DNA from: Carcharhinus amblyrhynchos
Lineage: Eukaryota
DNA length: 64,000 bases
Direction: 5' to 3'
Assembly (NCBI GenBank): GCA_965287045.1
Contig: OZ336871.1
Coordinates: 66,278,001-66,342,000, forward strand
Shown: piece by piece, positions 1 to 11,825 of the stretch
Layout of the letters: every line of letters begins with the position of its first letter
How positions within the stretch are numbered: position 1 is the stretch's first letter
Made by a program: the position numbers and the translations under genes
The notes under the pieces: model-generated
Told to the model about the DNA's origin: nothing
The model's input: only the letters and a program-made list of their open reading frames with translations
Database searches by the model: none

Positions 1-14
1 GGACAGACCCGGTC

Positions 15-530
15 ATCAGGAAGAAGAGATCATGTACAGCCTTGTCTCCAGGGAGTTGCAAGGAATGAGGAGTGGTGTTGCAATGAGGAAAGACTTCAAT
101 TTCAGATTGATTCCAGGGATGAAAGGGTTGACGTATGAGGAGAGATTAAACAGTTTGGGCTTATAAAATTTATAATATAACAAGTTTATAAAATTATGAA
201 GGGTACAGATAAGGTGAACAGTTGAAAGCTTTTTCCCAGGGTTGAAATGACAATTACAAGGGGGCACAGGTTCAAGATAAGGGGGGAAAGGTTCATTGGG
301 GATGTGCAGGGGGAGTTTTCTACATAGAGAGTGGTGGGGGTTTGGAATGCACTGTCAAGTGAAGTGATTGAGGCAGATACGTTAGCGACATTTAAGACTT
401 ATCTGATAGAACATGAACAGACAGGGAATAGAGAGATATAAGCAGCTGATCTGGACAGGACAATATGTTCAGCACATGCCTGGAGGGCCGAAGGGTCTGC
501 TCCTGTGCTGTACTGTTCTTTATTTTTTGT
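15..530 (+). mobile_element. CR1 LINE 3' fragment (ORF2 C-terminus + 3' UTR)
   Basis: Degenerate CR1 C-terminal motifs (IPGMKGLTYEERL; RGHRFKIRG; RVVGVWNAL) and 3' stem-loop GGAGGGCCGAAGGGTCTGCTCCTGTGCTGTA. Confidence 0.85.
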
Positions 531-534
531 TTGT

Positions 535-950
535 TATACTCACTGGGATTTAGAAGGATGAGAGGGGATCTGATGAGGTACACAAAATACTAAAAGGGAT
601 TGATAAAGTAAACGTAGACCAAATGTTTCCCTTGTAGGATGATCTAGATCAAGAGGTCACAGATATAGGATGAGAGGTGGTAGATTTAAAATTGAGGTGA
701 GGAAGAACTATTCTCACAGAAGGTGGTGAATTTGTGGAACTCACTGCCCCATGGAGTCTGAAGCATTAAATGATTTCAAGAAGGAGGTAGGTATATTCTG
801 ATATAAAAAAAACAGGTTAAAGGGATATGGGACACAAGTGAGGAGGTGGATTTGAAACCAGGGAGAGAACAGCCATAATCTGATTGAATGGCGGAGCAGG
901 TTCAAAGGGCTGAATTGCCTACTTCTGCTCTTAATTCCTATGTTCCTATG
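535..950 (+). mobile_element. CR1 LINE 3' fragment
   Basis: FRRMRGDL, RGHRYRMRGGRFK and KVVNLWNSLP motifs; ends in (TTCCTATG)2 tail. Confidence 0.85.
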
Positions 951-1809
951 ACTTTTCTGTCCCTCCTTCCTCTCCCCACCACCCCGTGGCCCATCTACAT
1001 TTCACTGCTAACCTAGAGTTTGCGAGAACTTATCTGCATTTCAACGAAGTGCTGAGCCACCAAGGCAAACTCTACTGCATTCTGCACAAAGTGACAGAGT
1101 GAAAAAGTCTTTGTTTATGTTGAGCATACACTTGCTAGCCTGCATCTGATTCTTTCCAGGGAGATGGACATTTGTGTAATTGACTGAGATATCAGCACTC
1201 ATCCTAGAAATGGACTCCTCAGTCTCTCTCAGAAGTGCCCACTGCCTGTAGAAATGTTGACAGAATCTCACACATTTCCTTTTGCTCCTTCAGACATGCA
1301 CTTTTTATGAATGACTCCTGAAGTTCAGCAACTGCATAAAGCTGAGCAGAGCTTGGAGTTTCCTATACTCTCTGACTGGGACTCTGCACTGCTGTACCTG
1401 CCTCCAGCTCCTGCTCCTGCCTCAAGTTCCTGGTCACATGCAATGTGCTCCTCAGCATGTGGCCACTTGTTAATTCTCATGGAGTCCTCACTGAGGAGTG
1501 TATATCTGCATGAGTCATGCGATTGCTCCCTCAGCCTGCACATTCTCCTCTGAGAACTCCTCAACTTCTTCCCACTCCAATTCCTGCATCACTTTTGAAG
1601 GAGTTGTGGGAGCTGAAAGACATGAATTAGAATTCGCATTTGGAAAAGCTTTGAAGTCTACCATGATCTTGACAATTCTGTTTGATGTGACAGCAATTCA
1701 GCATTTATGTGTCAAATGACATTGTGATTTCCAGTTCTACCATAAAGTATGTGGGCGATTTCCATCTCTCCATTGTCAATGACTATATCTGTGCCAGCCT
1801 CCTAATCTT

Positions 1810-2700
1810 CAACACGTTCCAGGAATAAAGGGTAACCTCGGGGCTAAAAGGAGTGAAGAAACTAAGATAATTAGTATCAGCAGGGAAAAGTTATTGGAGA
1901 AATTTAGGGGACTAAAATCTGACAAACACCCAGGACCTGATGCCCTACACCATATGGTTCTAAAAGAGATAGCTGCAGAAATAGTCAATGCATCAGCTTT
2001 AATTATTCCAAATTCCTTAGATTCCTGAATGGCCCCATCAGTTTGGAGGTTGGCAAATGTTACACTGCTTTTCAAGAAATGAGGGGGAGAGAAAGCGTAA
2101 ACTACAGGCCAGTTAGCCCAACATCAGTCATTGGGCAAATGCTGGATTCTATTACTGAGGAAGTCATAGAGGTTTACAGCATGGAAACAGGCCCTTCCGC
2201 CCAACTTGTCCGTGCCGCTCCTTTGTTTTTAACCACTAAGCTTGTCCTCAATTGCCCGTGTTTGGCCCATATCCCTCTATACCCATCTTACCCATGTAAC
2301 TGCCTAAATGCTTTTTAAAAGACAAAATTGTACCCGCCTTTACTACTTCTGGCAGCTTGTTCCAGACGCTCACCACCCTCTGCGTGAAAAAAATTGCCTC
2401 TCTAGACCCTTTTGTATCTCTCCCCTCTCACCCTAAATCTAGCTTTAGACTCTCCTATCTTTGAGAAAAGATGTTGACTATCTAGCTGCTCTATCATTAT
2501 TTTATGGACCTGTATATGATCATTCCTAAGCCTTCTACGCTCCAGAGAAAAAAGTTCCAGTCTATCCAGCATCTCCTTATAACTCTGCAAGTCTTAACAA
2601 TGCAATTAGAAATGTATTGTATGATTAGAACAAGTCAAAATAGCTGTCTTACAAAAGGGCAATCCTGTTTGACAAATATATTTGGTGTTTTAAAGATTGG
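1810..2700 (+). mobile_element. Degenerate CR1 RT fragment interrupted by a younger CR1 3' end
   Basis: DKHPGPD, WRLANVTLLFK, NYRPVSPTSV motifs; after the nested insert resumes with KGQSCLTN. Confidence 0.8.
2166..2585 (-). mobile_element. CR1 LINE 3' end nested in an older CR1
   Basis: ORF 2402-2590 LDRLELFSLERRRLR; 3' UTR shared with copies at 22459 and 63555. Confidence 0.9.
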
Positions 2701-3195
2701 CAGTAATATTTCTGTAATCAAAACTCGACCAACTAGTATTCGCTCGTTAATAGAAGTCTGGGGTTGAGCCTGTTGGATTTGTTTTTCAACTGGAGATGTT
2801 TTTTATCACTCAGAACTCTGTGCTAACACTTGTTCACCTGCTCACCCCTCATCAGTCCCAGCCTCATTAATAATTGTTGAACTAGTTGGTATGGGGTGAT
2901 AGCCTTTGCTTTGGTCTCAGCCTCCCACTTTCCTGCAGCATCATGTCCAGTTGGCACCGCTCACTAGATCCATATGCTCCTGAATCTGTCACAGATCCTC
3001 AACACCTGCATCATTAAAAGACAAAAAAAGGAGCTTCCTGACTAGATGAGAAAGCAGAATTCACCTTACATCTTAGTTAACTGGTGTATTTCATTAACTG
3101 ATACCACCTATTCCCTCTGCATACCTGATAATAAAGATTTTACCGTAACTAATAAGGCAGATAGACAGAAACCAGTACAGGGCATTTGATATATT

Positions 3196-3300
3196 GGAGG
3201 TCTTGTGGCACACTGGGTAGTGTCCTTGCTTTTCGGCCAGAAGTTCTGTGTTTGATTCCCATGCCAGACTTGATGGTCAACAAAGAGGTGTTCATAATCG
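3196..3300 (+). mobile_element. Old tRNA-derived SINE head
   Basis: A-box-like GTGGCACACTGGGTAG and B-box-like GTTTGATTCC at tRNA spacing; diverged. Confidence 0.45.
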
Positions 3301-3647
3301 ACAATGAATTTGAAAATCTTTCCAACATGTGGTCGGTGGTAAGAGTGGAAGAAATTCCTGGTCTGTCATACGATGGAAGGAAATTGGAGCATCACCATAG
3401 CTCCAAGTAAGACTCCTTCAGGTGGATGAAGGAAGGTGGCTTGATAGACAGTGTGCATCAGATTGGTGCCAACAGGGGCTTGACCCCCCGGCTTTCTGCT
3501 TGATGTGGATTAGGGACCTGTCTCATTGCTCTACTTGTGGTGCTACCTTTGAGCAGAGAACTTAAGAAGATGTGATAAGGTGCCACACTGAAGGTTAACT
3601 GACAAGATAAAGGCTCATGGAGTTGGAGACAGTGGATGGAATTCTCT

Positions 3648-3777
3648 GGCTGTTTGCTAGTGGCAAATTCTCTGGCCTCTCCGGCAACGTACCCCCACCA
3701 CTTTGGGTTTCCTGGCAGTGAGGTGAGGCCACAATGGAAAATCCCATTGACAATAGCAAGACCAGGAGATCCTGCCA
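3648..3777. mobile_element. Short MITE
   Basis: Imperfect terminal inverted repeats GGATGGAATTCTCTGG ... CCAGGAGATCCTGCC, resembling other ~120-bp elements in the window. Confidence 0.5.
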
Positions 3778-3789
3778 CTGGTGAATGAT

Positions 3790-4345
3790 GATTTGATTTG
3801 ATTTAATTTATTATTGTTACATGTATTAACATACAGTGAAAAGTATGGTTTCTTATGTGCTCTATAAGCAAAGCATACCATTCTTTGAGAAGGAAACAGG
3901 AGAGTGCAGAAAGTAGTGTTACAGTCATAGCTAGGGTATAGAGAAGTATCAAGGTAGGTCCATTCATAAGTCTGACAGCAGCAGGGAAGAAGATGTTCTT
4001 GAGTCAGTTGGTACGTGACCTCAGACTTCTATATCCTTTTCCCGAGGAAAGAAGTTGGAAGAGAGTACGTCCAGGGTGTGTGAGGTCCTGAATTATGCTG
4101 GTTGCTTTTCCAGGGCAGAGGGAAGTGTAGACAAAGTCAGTGGGTGGAAGGCTGGTTTGAGTGATGGACCGGGCTTCGTTCATGACCCTATGTAGTTTAT
4201 TGCAGTCTTGGACAGAATATGTCTTGGACATACCAAGCTGTGATGCAGCCAGAAAGAATGCTTTCTGTGGTGCATCTGTAGAAGTTGGTGAGAGTCACAG
4301 CGGACATGCCAAATTTCCTTAGTCTTCTGAGAAAGTAGAAGCATT
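3790..4345 (-). mobile_element. Rex1/Babar-clade LINE 3' end
   Basis: ORF 4004-4231 HPGRTLFQLLSSGKGYRSLRSRTN; (CAAAT)n tail; homologous to 40845-41680 and 60465-60705. Confidence 0.85.
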
Positions 4346-4409
4346 GGTGGTGCAATGCCTCTCACTGCTGAGAAACCTGCTGATGGGAGGCCAGAGATTT
4401 TCGGCTAAT

Positions 4410-5140
4410 ATATTAGCATGGTTTAGAAGATTCATTAATGAACAGGAAGCAGAGCACAGACATAAACAGGGCATTTTGAAGTTGGCAGGCTGTGGTTACA
4501 GGAGTGCTGCAAGGATCAGTGCTGGCATCTCAACTATACGCCATCTATACTAATGGCTTAAATAAAAAGACAGAATAATGTATCTAAGTTTGCTGTTGGT
4601 GCAAAGCTAGTTGGGCAGGAAAACCGTGGGGAGTTCAGGCAAGATAAAGACAGGTTCAATGACTGGGCAACAAAATGGCAGCTGGAATATAATGTGAGCA
4701 AGTGTGAAGTTGTTTGTTTTGGCTGTAAAAATAGAAAAACAAAATATTTTTTAAAGGTATAAAACTTGTAAATGTTGATGTTCAAATAGTCTGGGGAGCA
4801 CTCATGCACAGATGCAGGAAGTTAGCAATAGCAAACAATGAGAAAAGCAAGAGGAATATTGACATTTATAGTAGGGGGATTGGTGTACAGGAATAATGAA
4901 GTCTTGCTACAATTTTGGAGGTTTTTATTGAGACTGCATTTGGAGCATTGTGAGCAGATTTAGTTTGCTAAATAAGGAAGGATATACTTGCAGTGAAGGC
5001 AGCACAGCAAAGGTTCACTTGATTGTTCCCAGTTGGGATGAGGAAATTGTCTTCTGATGAGAGGCTAAGTAGATTAGGTTTGCATTATATGGTTTAGAGA
5101 AATGGGAGATGATTTCACTAAAACATAGGCCTGCAAGGAG
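4410..5140 (+). mobile_element. Degenerate CR1 RT fragment
   Basis: SKFA(D), W..KWQLEYNVSKCEV and LRLHLEHC-like motifs with many stops. Confidence 0.75.
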
Positions 5141-5409
5141 TGAGTTTCTAAGGTCTATCCACCAATGTGCAGTCCTTGGAAGGACTTTGGGAAAGGGAAG
5201 CAGAGATATTCAGGTCTACAACTTTCCGTGTAGGTTCAGAGAAGCATCTACCAACCTAGTGAGAGTGACTTCCCCTTCAGTTCTCTGTTAAAATGCAATT
5301 GGGCCCTATTAACATAATAGGCCTTCTTGCTTTATGTGGGGCCTGTCCGCTTCTTACAGAACCATGGTTTTTAGGATCATAGATGATGGGATCTAACTAA
5401 TTAATATAG

Positions 5410-5745
5410 CAACAGGTGTAGGCCATTCAGCTCATCTGGCATTCTCTACCATTCACTTAGATCATGATGAATCACATCTCAAGTCTATTTACTTGCTTTG
5501 GTGCATATCCCTTAATTAAGAAAAATATATCAATTTTAACCTTCAACATTTCAATTGATCTAGCAAACACAGTCATTTGGGGCAGAAATTTCAAGATTTC
5601 CACATAAATCTGTGTGAAAAAGTGCTTCCTCATTTCATTTTTCAATGTTTTTGCTATAACTTTAATATACCTCTTTTTAGATTCCATTTCTGTATCTACC
5701 TTCTTGAATCCCTTTAGCGTTTAAATATTTGAATTAGATCACCTC
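5410..5745 (-). mobile_element. Degenerate CR1 3' fragment
   Basis: ORF 5472-5687 NEMRKHFFTQ; tail GGTGTAGGCCATTCAGC on the plus strand. Confidence 0.7.
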
Positions 5746-5826
5746 TTTTGTCACGTCTTAGCAGGGGAGTAGGATAGGTAGAAGAAAGAACAAAACACTG
5801 CTTAAAGTCTGCTTGATTTGAACCTG

Positions 5827-5984
5827 ATGTGGAGATGCCGGCATTGGACTGGGGTAAACACCGTAAGAAGTCTGACAACACCAGGTTTAAGTCGCTCGAT
5901 GAAGGGGCAAACCCCGGAAGCTTGTGAGTTTACTATCAAATAAATTGGTTGGTCTTAAACCTGGTGTTGTCAGACTTCTTACTG
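5827..5984. mobile_element. Short Penelope-like inverted-repeat insertion with target-site duplication
   Basis: Inverted arms 5863-5891 / 5954-5982; flanking direct repeat TGATTTGAACCTG at 5814-5826 and 5985-5997; hammerhead-like core GATGAAGGGGCAAACCCCGGAAGC. Confidence 0.7.
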
Positions 5985-6261
5985 TGATTTGAACCTGTCA
6001 GACTTGTTGAAAATTAAAGACCTGTTGATAATCTCCCTTCATAGGAAATTCAATTTTAACACTATATTATAGAGAAATTTGGACCTTATAGGCCATTATT
6101 CTGCCTGAAGAGCTCTGAGTGTGCAACAGGAGCACTGGGAATTCTGATGGGAGATGCCTTGTCAACATTTGTGCCTGATTCCTGATGTCAGGCCATCGAT
6201 GAGGTGGATGGAATTTACACCCAATTCTATCATTAGTCCCCAGTGGGAATTTGCAGAGTAA

Positions 6262-6500
6262 GATCATAAGGCGTAGGAGCAGAAGTTGACCATTCAGCCC
6301 ATCGAGTCTGCTCTGCCAATCAATGAGGTCATGACTGATCTGATTTGAAAATCCTCAACTCCACTTTCCAGCCTTATTCCCGTAATCCTATTTCTTATGT
6401 TCTTAAACCTTGATTCTGCTACTAACTAAAAATCTCTCTATCACAAACCTTGAAACGTATAATGACACAGCCCCTGCAGTAACAAATTCCACAGATATAC
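6262..6500 (-). mobile_element. CR1 3' tail fragments
   Basis: TAAGATCATAAG..TAGGAGCAGAAGTTGACCATTCAGCCC tail/stem-loop. Confidence 0.65.
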
Positions 6501-7869
6501 TAATGTCTTCAGAGCAGGGACCAGTGTTTCTGGGTCAGAACTGATTTTAAGACAGAACTGTGGTCTGAGAAATTTTGGAGTATACCATTGGCTAATATTT
6601 GATTGCACTACTGAAGTTGTGAGAAATTGTAGCAGCATTGTCTTTGTTATAACTACCACAGCATTTATCAAAGGGAAGTATTCTGAATAATACACTTCCT
6701 TCAACCAAAACAAGATGAATTTCCCTTTGCAGTATGTTTATTGGATAACTTTCTTCAATTATACTCAATGGGCAATGCAGTCATTTTTATAGGATCGAAA
6801 GGCAAAATGCTTTACTTGGGTTAGTCAGTTTCTGAGGGTAAGGACCTTGAGCGCTAAGCATTGCACAGATGCCCACTGCCACAGAGCATGGAGTTCCAGT
6901 CAGGCATAGTTTCAAAATGACGAGGGTACATGTAGAACCTAGGTTAAAAGAGGAAGTTTGGGTGCAACTTTAAACACACACATTCGTTTTTCTTACATGG
7001 GAGAGTCATGGGTGAATCAAAGGTAGTGACACAGGACTTATGACTGCAGCTGATGAAGATGATAAACTTTGAAGTTAAACCTCATACGCCAGAAGCTACA
7101 CATTGCACAGCAGTGGTCTTTTTGTTTATTTAAAGGTTCTATCCCTTGTGAGTGGGAGATTATTCCTGGTGTAGTTATACAGTCAGGAAGAGTGTGATTG
7201 TGGGGGTGGGGAGTGGGGGTGGGGGGGGGTGGAGTGGGGTTGGTGGGTGGGGGATGGGGGATGGGGAGAATTGTGGTTCTTACTTTGTGCTAGGTAAACA
7301 GGTGTTTGTGGCTCAGAAGAGACCCAGGCAAATTATGCAGCTGTCATGGTGTTGTGGTTATTACCCCCTGCCACCACTCCCATGCCTCACACATTTGCCC
7401 CCACTCCCCGTCTCTGCTTCCAGACAGACAATATCAGAAAAGTAAGGGTAGAACTGAACGCAGCCCTCCTCACTCAGTGTAAGGATGAAAGTCATTCTAC
7501 AACAAGCTCCAGAAACAGCATAATTCTTTATTTATTTTTAGAAAATCAAAGAACTTTATTAATCTGTGAAAAAATGAGTAGCAGTCTGTCCCTGAGGACA
7601 GATTGTGCTTAAGCGGCAGTTCTGAAAGCAGTAATATTAGGTTTCTGTGGGAACAGTTTGTCCTTGAACTGTACATACTGCTGTAAGAGAAAGCTTGAAT
7701 ATAACAATCTCTGACATTCATTTGCATGAATTGTTGCCCCTTCTTCAGATGCAGACACCAGAGAAAAGTTTCAAGTTCAGTGCTATTCAGGAGCAAATTT
7801 GGGAAATCAAGGATCAGCTGTCATTCTCCCTCTGCATTCCATAAATATCTTAGGTATTTTCTAGGAATA

Positions 7870-8132
7870 GAACAGAGGACCAAATGCTGGAAAATCTCAG
7901 CAGATTTGGCAGTATATGTAAGGAGAGAAAAGAGACAATGTTTTGAGTCCAGATGACCCTTTGTGCAGCATATGTCCATCACATATAGAAGCCTATGTGA
8001 TGTGGATAAAGGGTCACCTGAACTCGAAATGTCAGCTCTTTTTCCTCCTTACAGATGCTGCCAGACCTGCCGAGATTTTCCAGCATTTTCTCTTTTGGTT
8101 TCAGATTCCAGCATCTGTAGTAATTTGATTTT
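7870..8132. mobile_element. Penelope-like inverted-repeat element
   Basis: AAATGCTGGAAAATCTCAGCAG...GACCCTTT inverted against AAAGGGTCACCTGAACTCGAAAT...GAGATTTTCCAGCATTT; same family as 20988-21190. Confidence 0.7.
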
Positions 8133-8139
8133 ATCCTAT

Positions 8140-8660
8140 TGCATATAGGTTCTGTATGGCATTTGTTAAACATAGTGGGAAGTTAGCTTGAACAATGAGG
8201 TTATGCTGAATTTGTACAAGACACTAGTAAGACTTCAGCTGAAGTTCTGAGTACTGCACTTAAGAAGGATGCGAACGCAATAGAGGGAGAGCAGAAGAGA
8301 TTTACTAGAATGGTTCCAGGGACGAGCAAGTTCGGTTATAGGGAGAGATTGGAGATGTTGGGAGTGTTCCCCTTGGGAGAAAAAAAAGCTAAAAGGAGTT
8401 TTGATAGCGTGTTCAAAATCATGAAGGGACTCAACAGAGTAGGTAAGGAAAAACTGCACCCGCTCTTGAAAGGATCAAGAACAAGAGGGCACAGATTTAA
8501 GGTGATTTGCAAAAGGAGCATATGTGATGTGAGAAAAAGCTTTTCCACACAGCAAGTGGTTTAGGTCTGGAATGCACTGTCTAAAAGTGTGGTGGAAGCA
8601 GGTTCAATGAAGCATTCAAGAAGCCATTAGATGATTGTTTGAATGGAAACTATTTGAATA
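8140..8660 (+). mobile_element. CR1 3' fragment
   Basis: ORF 8310-8564 YRERLEMLGVFPL...SRTRGHRFKV. Confidence 0.85.
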
Positions 8661-8814
8661 GAAACAATTCCTAAAATGACTGAGGATGCTGAAGCTGACC
8701 ATACGTGTTGGACCTGGATAAAGCCTTCATCTTATTGATCATGAAAACAAGGAAACTCTACTTTTGTAGCCCACTGTACAGATAACTGTGCTTGCAATAA
8801 CATGAGAGTATAAA

Positions 8815-10760
8815 AAAGAGCTGGAGTAGGCCATTTGGTTAATTCTACCTTCCCATACTATCTCCATATTCTTTAATTTCTTTAGTAATCAATAATTTAT
8901 TGATCACTGATGCGAATATGCTCAATGACTGAGCAACCACAACTCCCTGGGGGTAGAGAATTCCAAAGACTCAAAATCCTTTGAATGAAGGAATTTCTTT
9001 TCAAAATGGCTGACCTCTAATTCTGAGACTGCTCTAGATCCCCAGCCAGGCAGACATTTTCTCAACATTTATTCTGTCAATCTCCTTAAGAATTTATATG
9101 TTTCAGTGAGGTCATTTCCCTTTCTCTGAAACCCCAGAGAATAAAGCTTTGTCTATTCAATCTCTCCTCATAGGACAATCCACTCTTTCCAGGAATAACC
9201 AATTTTGTGAAATTTTGCTGCACTCCCTCTAGGGCAGGTATATACTTTCTTAGGTAAGGAGACCAAAACGGCACACAGTATTCTAGTGTGGCCTCACCAA
9301 TGCTCTTTATAATTGTAGGAAGATTTCTTTGCTCTTGCACACCAATTTCTTTGTAACAAAGCTAACATACCATTTGCCTTCCTAGTTTCTTGCTGTATCT
9401 GTATGTTAACATGTTGTGATTCACTGAGGGGCCTACTCCTAATTCATATGATCATATGTAAAGGACATCCAAATCCCTCTGAGTACAAACATTTCCTAAT
9501 CTCTAACCAATCAAATAATATTTTTGTTTTTCCTATCAAATGGGAATAATATCACACTTCTCTGCCTTCTATTCAATCTGCCATCTTCTTATCCACTCCC
9601 CAAACTGTTTAAATTTCTTTGCAGCCACTTTGCATCTCCCACAACACTTACTTTCCTGCCTAACTTTGTGTCATTATCATACTTGGATACATTACACTCA
9701 ATCCTTCATCTAAGTAATCAGTGTAGTTTGTAAATAACTGAAGCTCAAGTACTGATCTTTGTGGCACCTCACTGTCAACCGTAAAATGTCTTATGTATTC
9801 CTACTCTCTGTTTAACTAATTCTCAATCCATGTTAATATATTACCCCCAATCCCAAGAGACCTAATTTGCTGTAATGACCTTTGATGTGGTGCCTAATCA
9901 AATGTGTTTTGAAAATCCAAATACACTGGTTCCGTTTTATCTGTTAGTTGCAATCTCCAAATCTTCTAACAGTCTTGTCAAACACAATTTCCCTTTCATA
10001 AATCTGCTTAATCATATTAAGATTTTCTCAGTAGCTTACAACACACCCCTAATAATACAGTCTTGTATACATGCCATAAACTCATCTGCATACTGTCATA
10101 ATATATCTGGTTTGCCCATTCAATGTTCAAGGCTTCCATATTTACTATATCATCCTTATTCCAGGCACACCTAATTTCCTGATTTAAACTCTGCCCTACA
10201 CTCCATCTACTGTTAGGGTCCATATGGACAATGGCAATCAGCATTATCTGTCCCTTGCTGGCTTTTAGCTCCACCAAAACTGATTTTACTTCTTTATTTT
10301 CTGAGCTAATGACCCCCCCTCTCTCTCAACTGTCTTTATCTCCATCCTTTATTATAGGCAAGGTGTCTCAAACCCGGCTATCCTAAAACTGGTGATGTCT
10401 GAAAATTGGGCATCTTTTTAAGCTACCATGTAGAAAGTTAATTATTCTTAGGTTAATAAGCTAACTTACCAGCTTTGGCCTGGATGTGCATTGACTAGTT
10501 ATCGGCTTTGCATGCCTGTCTTTTCCCATGCACCAAGTAATCTGAGCATCTCTTGACCCTCTTGACCCAACTTGGCCCTGATCTGAAAACCGCTAAGATC
10601 CAAAATCCAGTACAAACCCAATGCCAATGTTACCAGTTTTCAGGCACTATCAATATCAGGGCCAACCATCCTCTTTTCTATTCTGCCAATTTCTTTAAAA
10701 GTTAAGAATCCTGGAATTTTTAATTCCCAACTTTAGTAACATTGCAACTCTGTTGCTGTA
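8815..10760 (-). mobile_element. Old, deleted CR1 ORF2 (endonuclease to 3' end)
   Basis: ORF 9086-9340 LEYCVPFWSPYLRK; ORF 10017-10277 VELK..KGQIMLIAIV (APE-like). Confidence 0.75.
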
Positions 10761-10796
10761 ATCAACTATAATCCAAATTTGCCAAAATGTTGTGTT

Positions 10797-10844
10797 AATT
10801 TTAGGACACATGAATTTTAGGACACATGAATTTTAGGACACATG
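10797..10844. repeat. Tandem repeat (AATTTTAGGACACATG)x3
   Basis: Three perfect 16-bp copies. Confidence 0.95.
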
Positions 10845-10879
10845 CAACCAGTGTGTAGCAGAAGTCCATTTTGCCATCA

Positions 10880-11336
10880 CTTCTGCAATAGGTGATTCAG
10901 ATGAAGCAAGCTGAAAGATTGAGTAAACTGTGGGCCTATACTCTCTGGAGTTTAGAAGGGTGAGAGGTGTTTCCATTGAAACTACAAGATTCTGAAGGGG
11001 TTTTGCAGTGAAGGCAATGAAAAGTGTTGTTTTCCCTGGCTGGGAAATTTAGACTTCAGAGGAACAATCTCACAATAAAGGGTTAATCATTGAGGATTGA
11101 GATAAGGAAACATTTATTTATTCAGACGGGTGGAAATTGTTAGAATTGTTTATGTTGGATGTTTCGTCACTATTTTTCAGGCTGAGATAGACCTTTGGTC
11201 TCAGCGAATCAAGGGATATGAGGAGTGGGTGGGAAAGTGAATTTGAGACAGGAGGTGAGTCAGATTTGTATTGAATGATAGAGAAGGCTCGAGGATCATT
11301 TTGTTTAATCTCCTGTTCCTATTTTTTATGTTCTTA
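10880..11336 (+). mobile_element. Degenerate CR1 3' fragment
   Basis: GLYSLEFRRVRG motif and CTCCTGTTCCTATTTTTTATGTTCTTA tail. Confidence 0.75.
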
Positions 11337-11699
11337 GATGCTTGAGATTGTGTACGTGAGACTTAATTGTACCAATCAGGATTTTAACTTGATTCTTCCC
11401 AATTTGATTACTGTTTCACAATTAAATGTTTTTATCACGGAAGAGACTGAGTACAAATTTTCACCAGTTATTTGAACAAAAATATAATGTAACATGGAAA
11501 CCCAAGGTACCGGGGAGGAAACAGTTGGCACTGAGCAGACTGAACATTGTGTACTTTGCCTGGCTTTTCTTTTATTGACTTCAGTGAAAAGAAAAATTGG
11601 GCAGTGCCTAAAATGATTGGTTTACCTGCTTTCACCTGTTTGGGAACAACTGGGGACAATTAAGATTGATTCCATTCTGGGGGAATATGAGACACAATT

Positions 11700-11825
11700 G
11701 GTAGGATTTTATGGCCTCGCTTGTCCTGAAACTGTAAAATCCCATCTGAAGTAAATGGACCTTTCCATGGTCTGCCCCTCACCCGATCCAATTCCCATGG
11801 TAGGCAGGGTGGTAAAATTCCAGCC
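11700..11825. mobile_element. ~125-bp MITE
   Basis: TIRs GGTAGGATTTTA ... TAAAATTCCAGCC; internal AATGGACCTTT shared with 55201 and, inverted, 23638. Confidence 0.65.
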
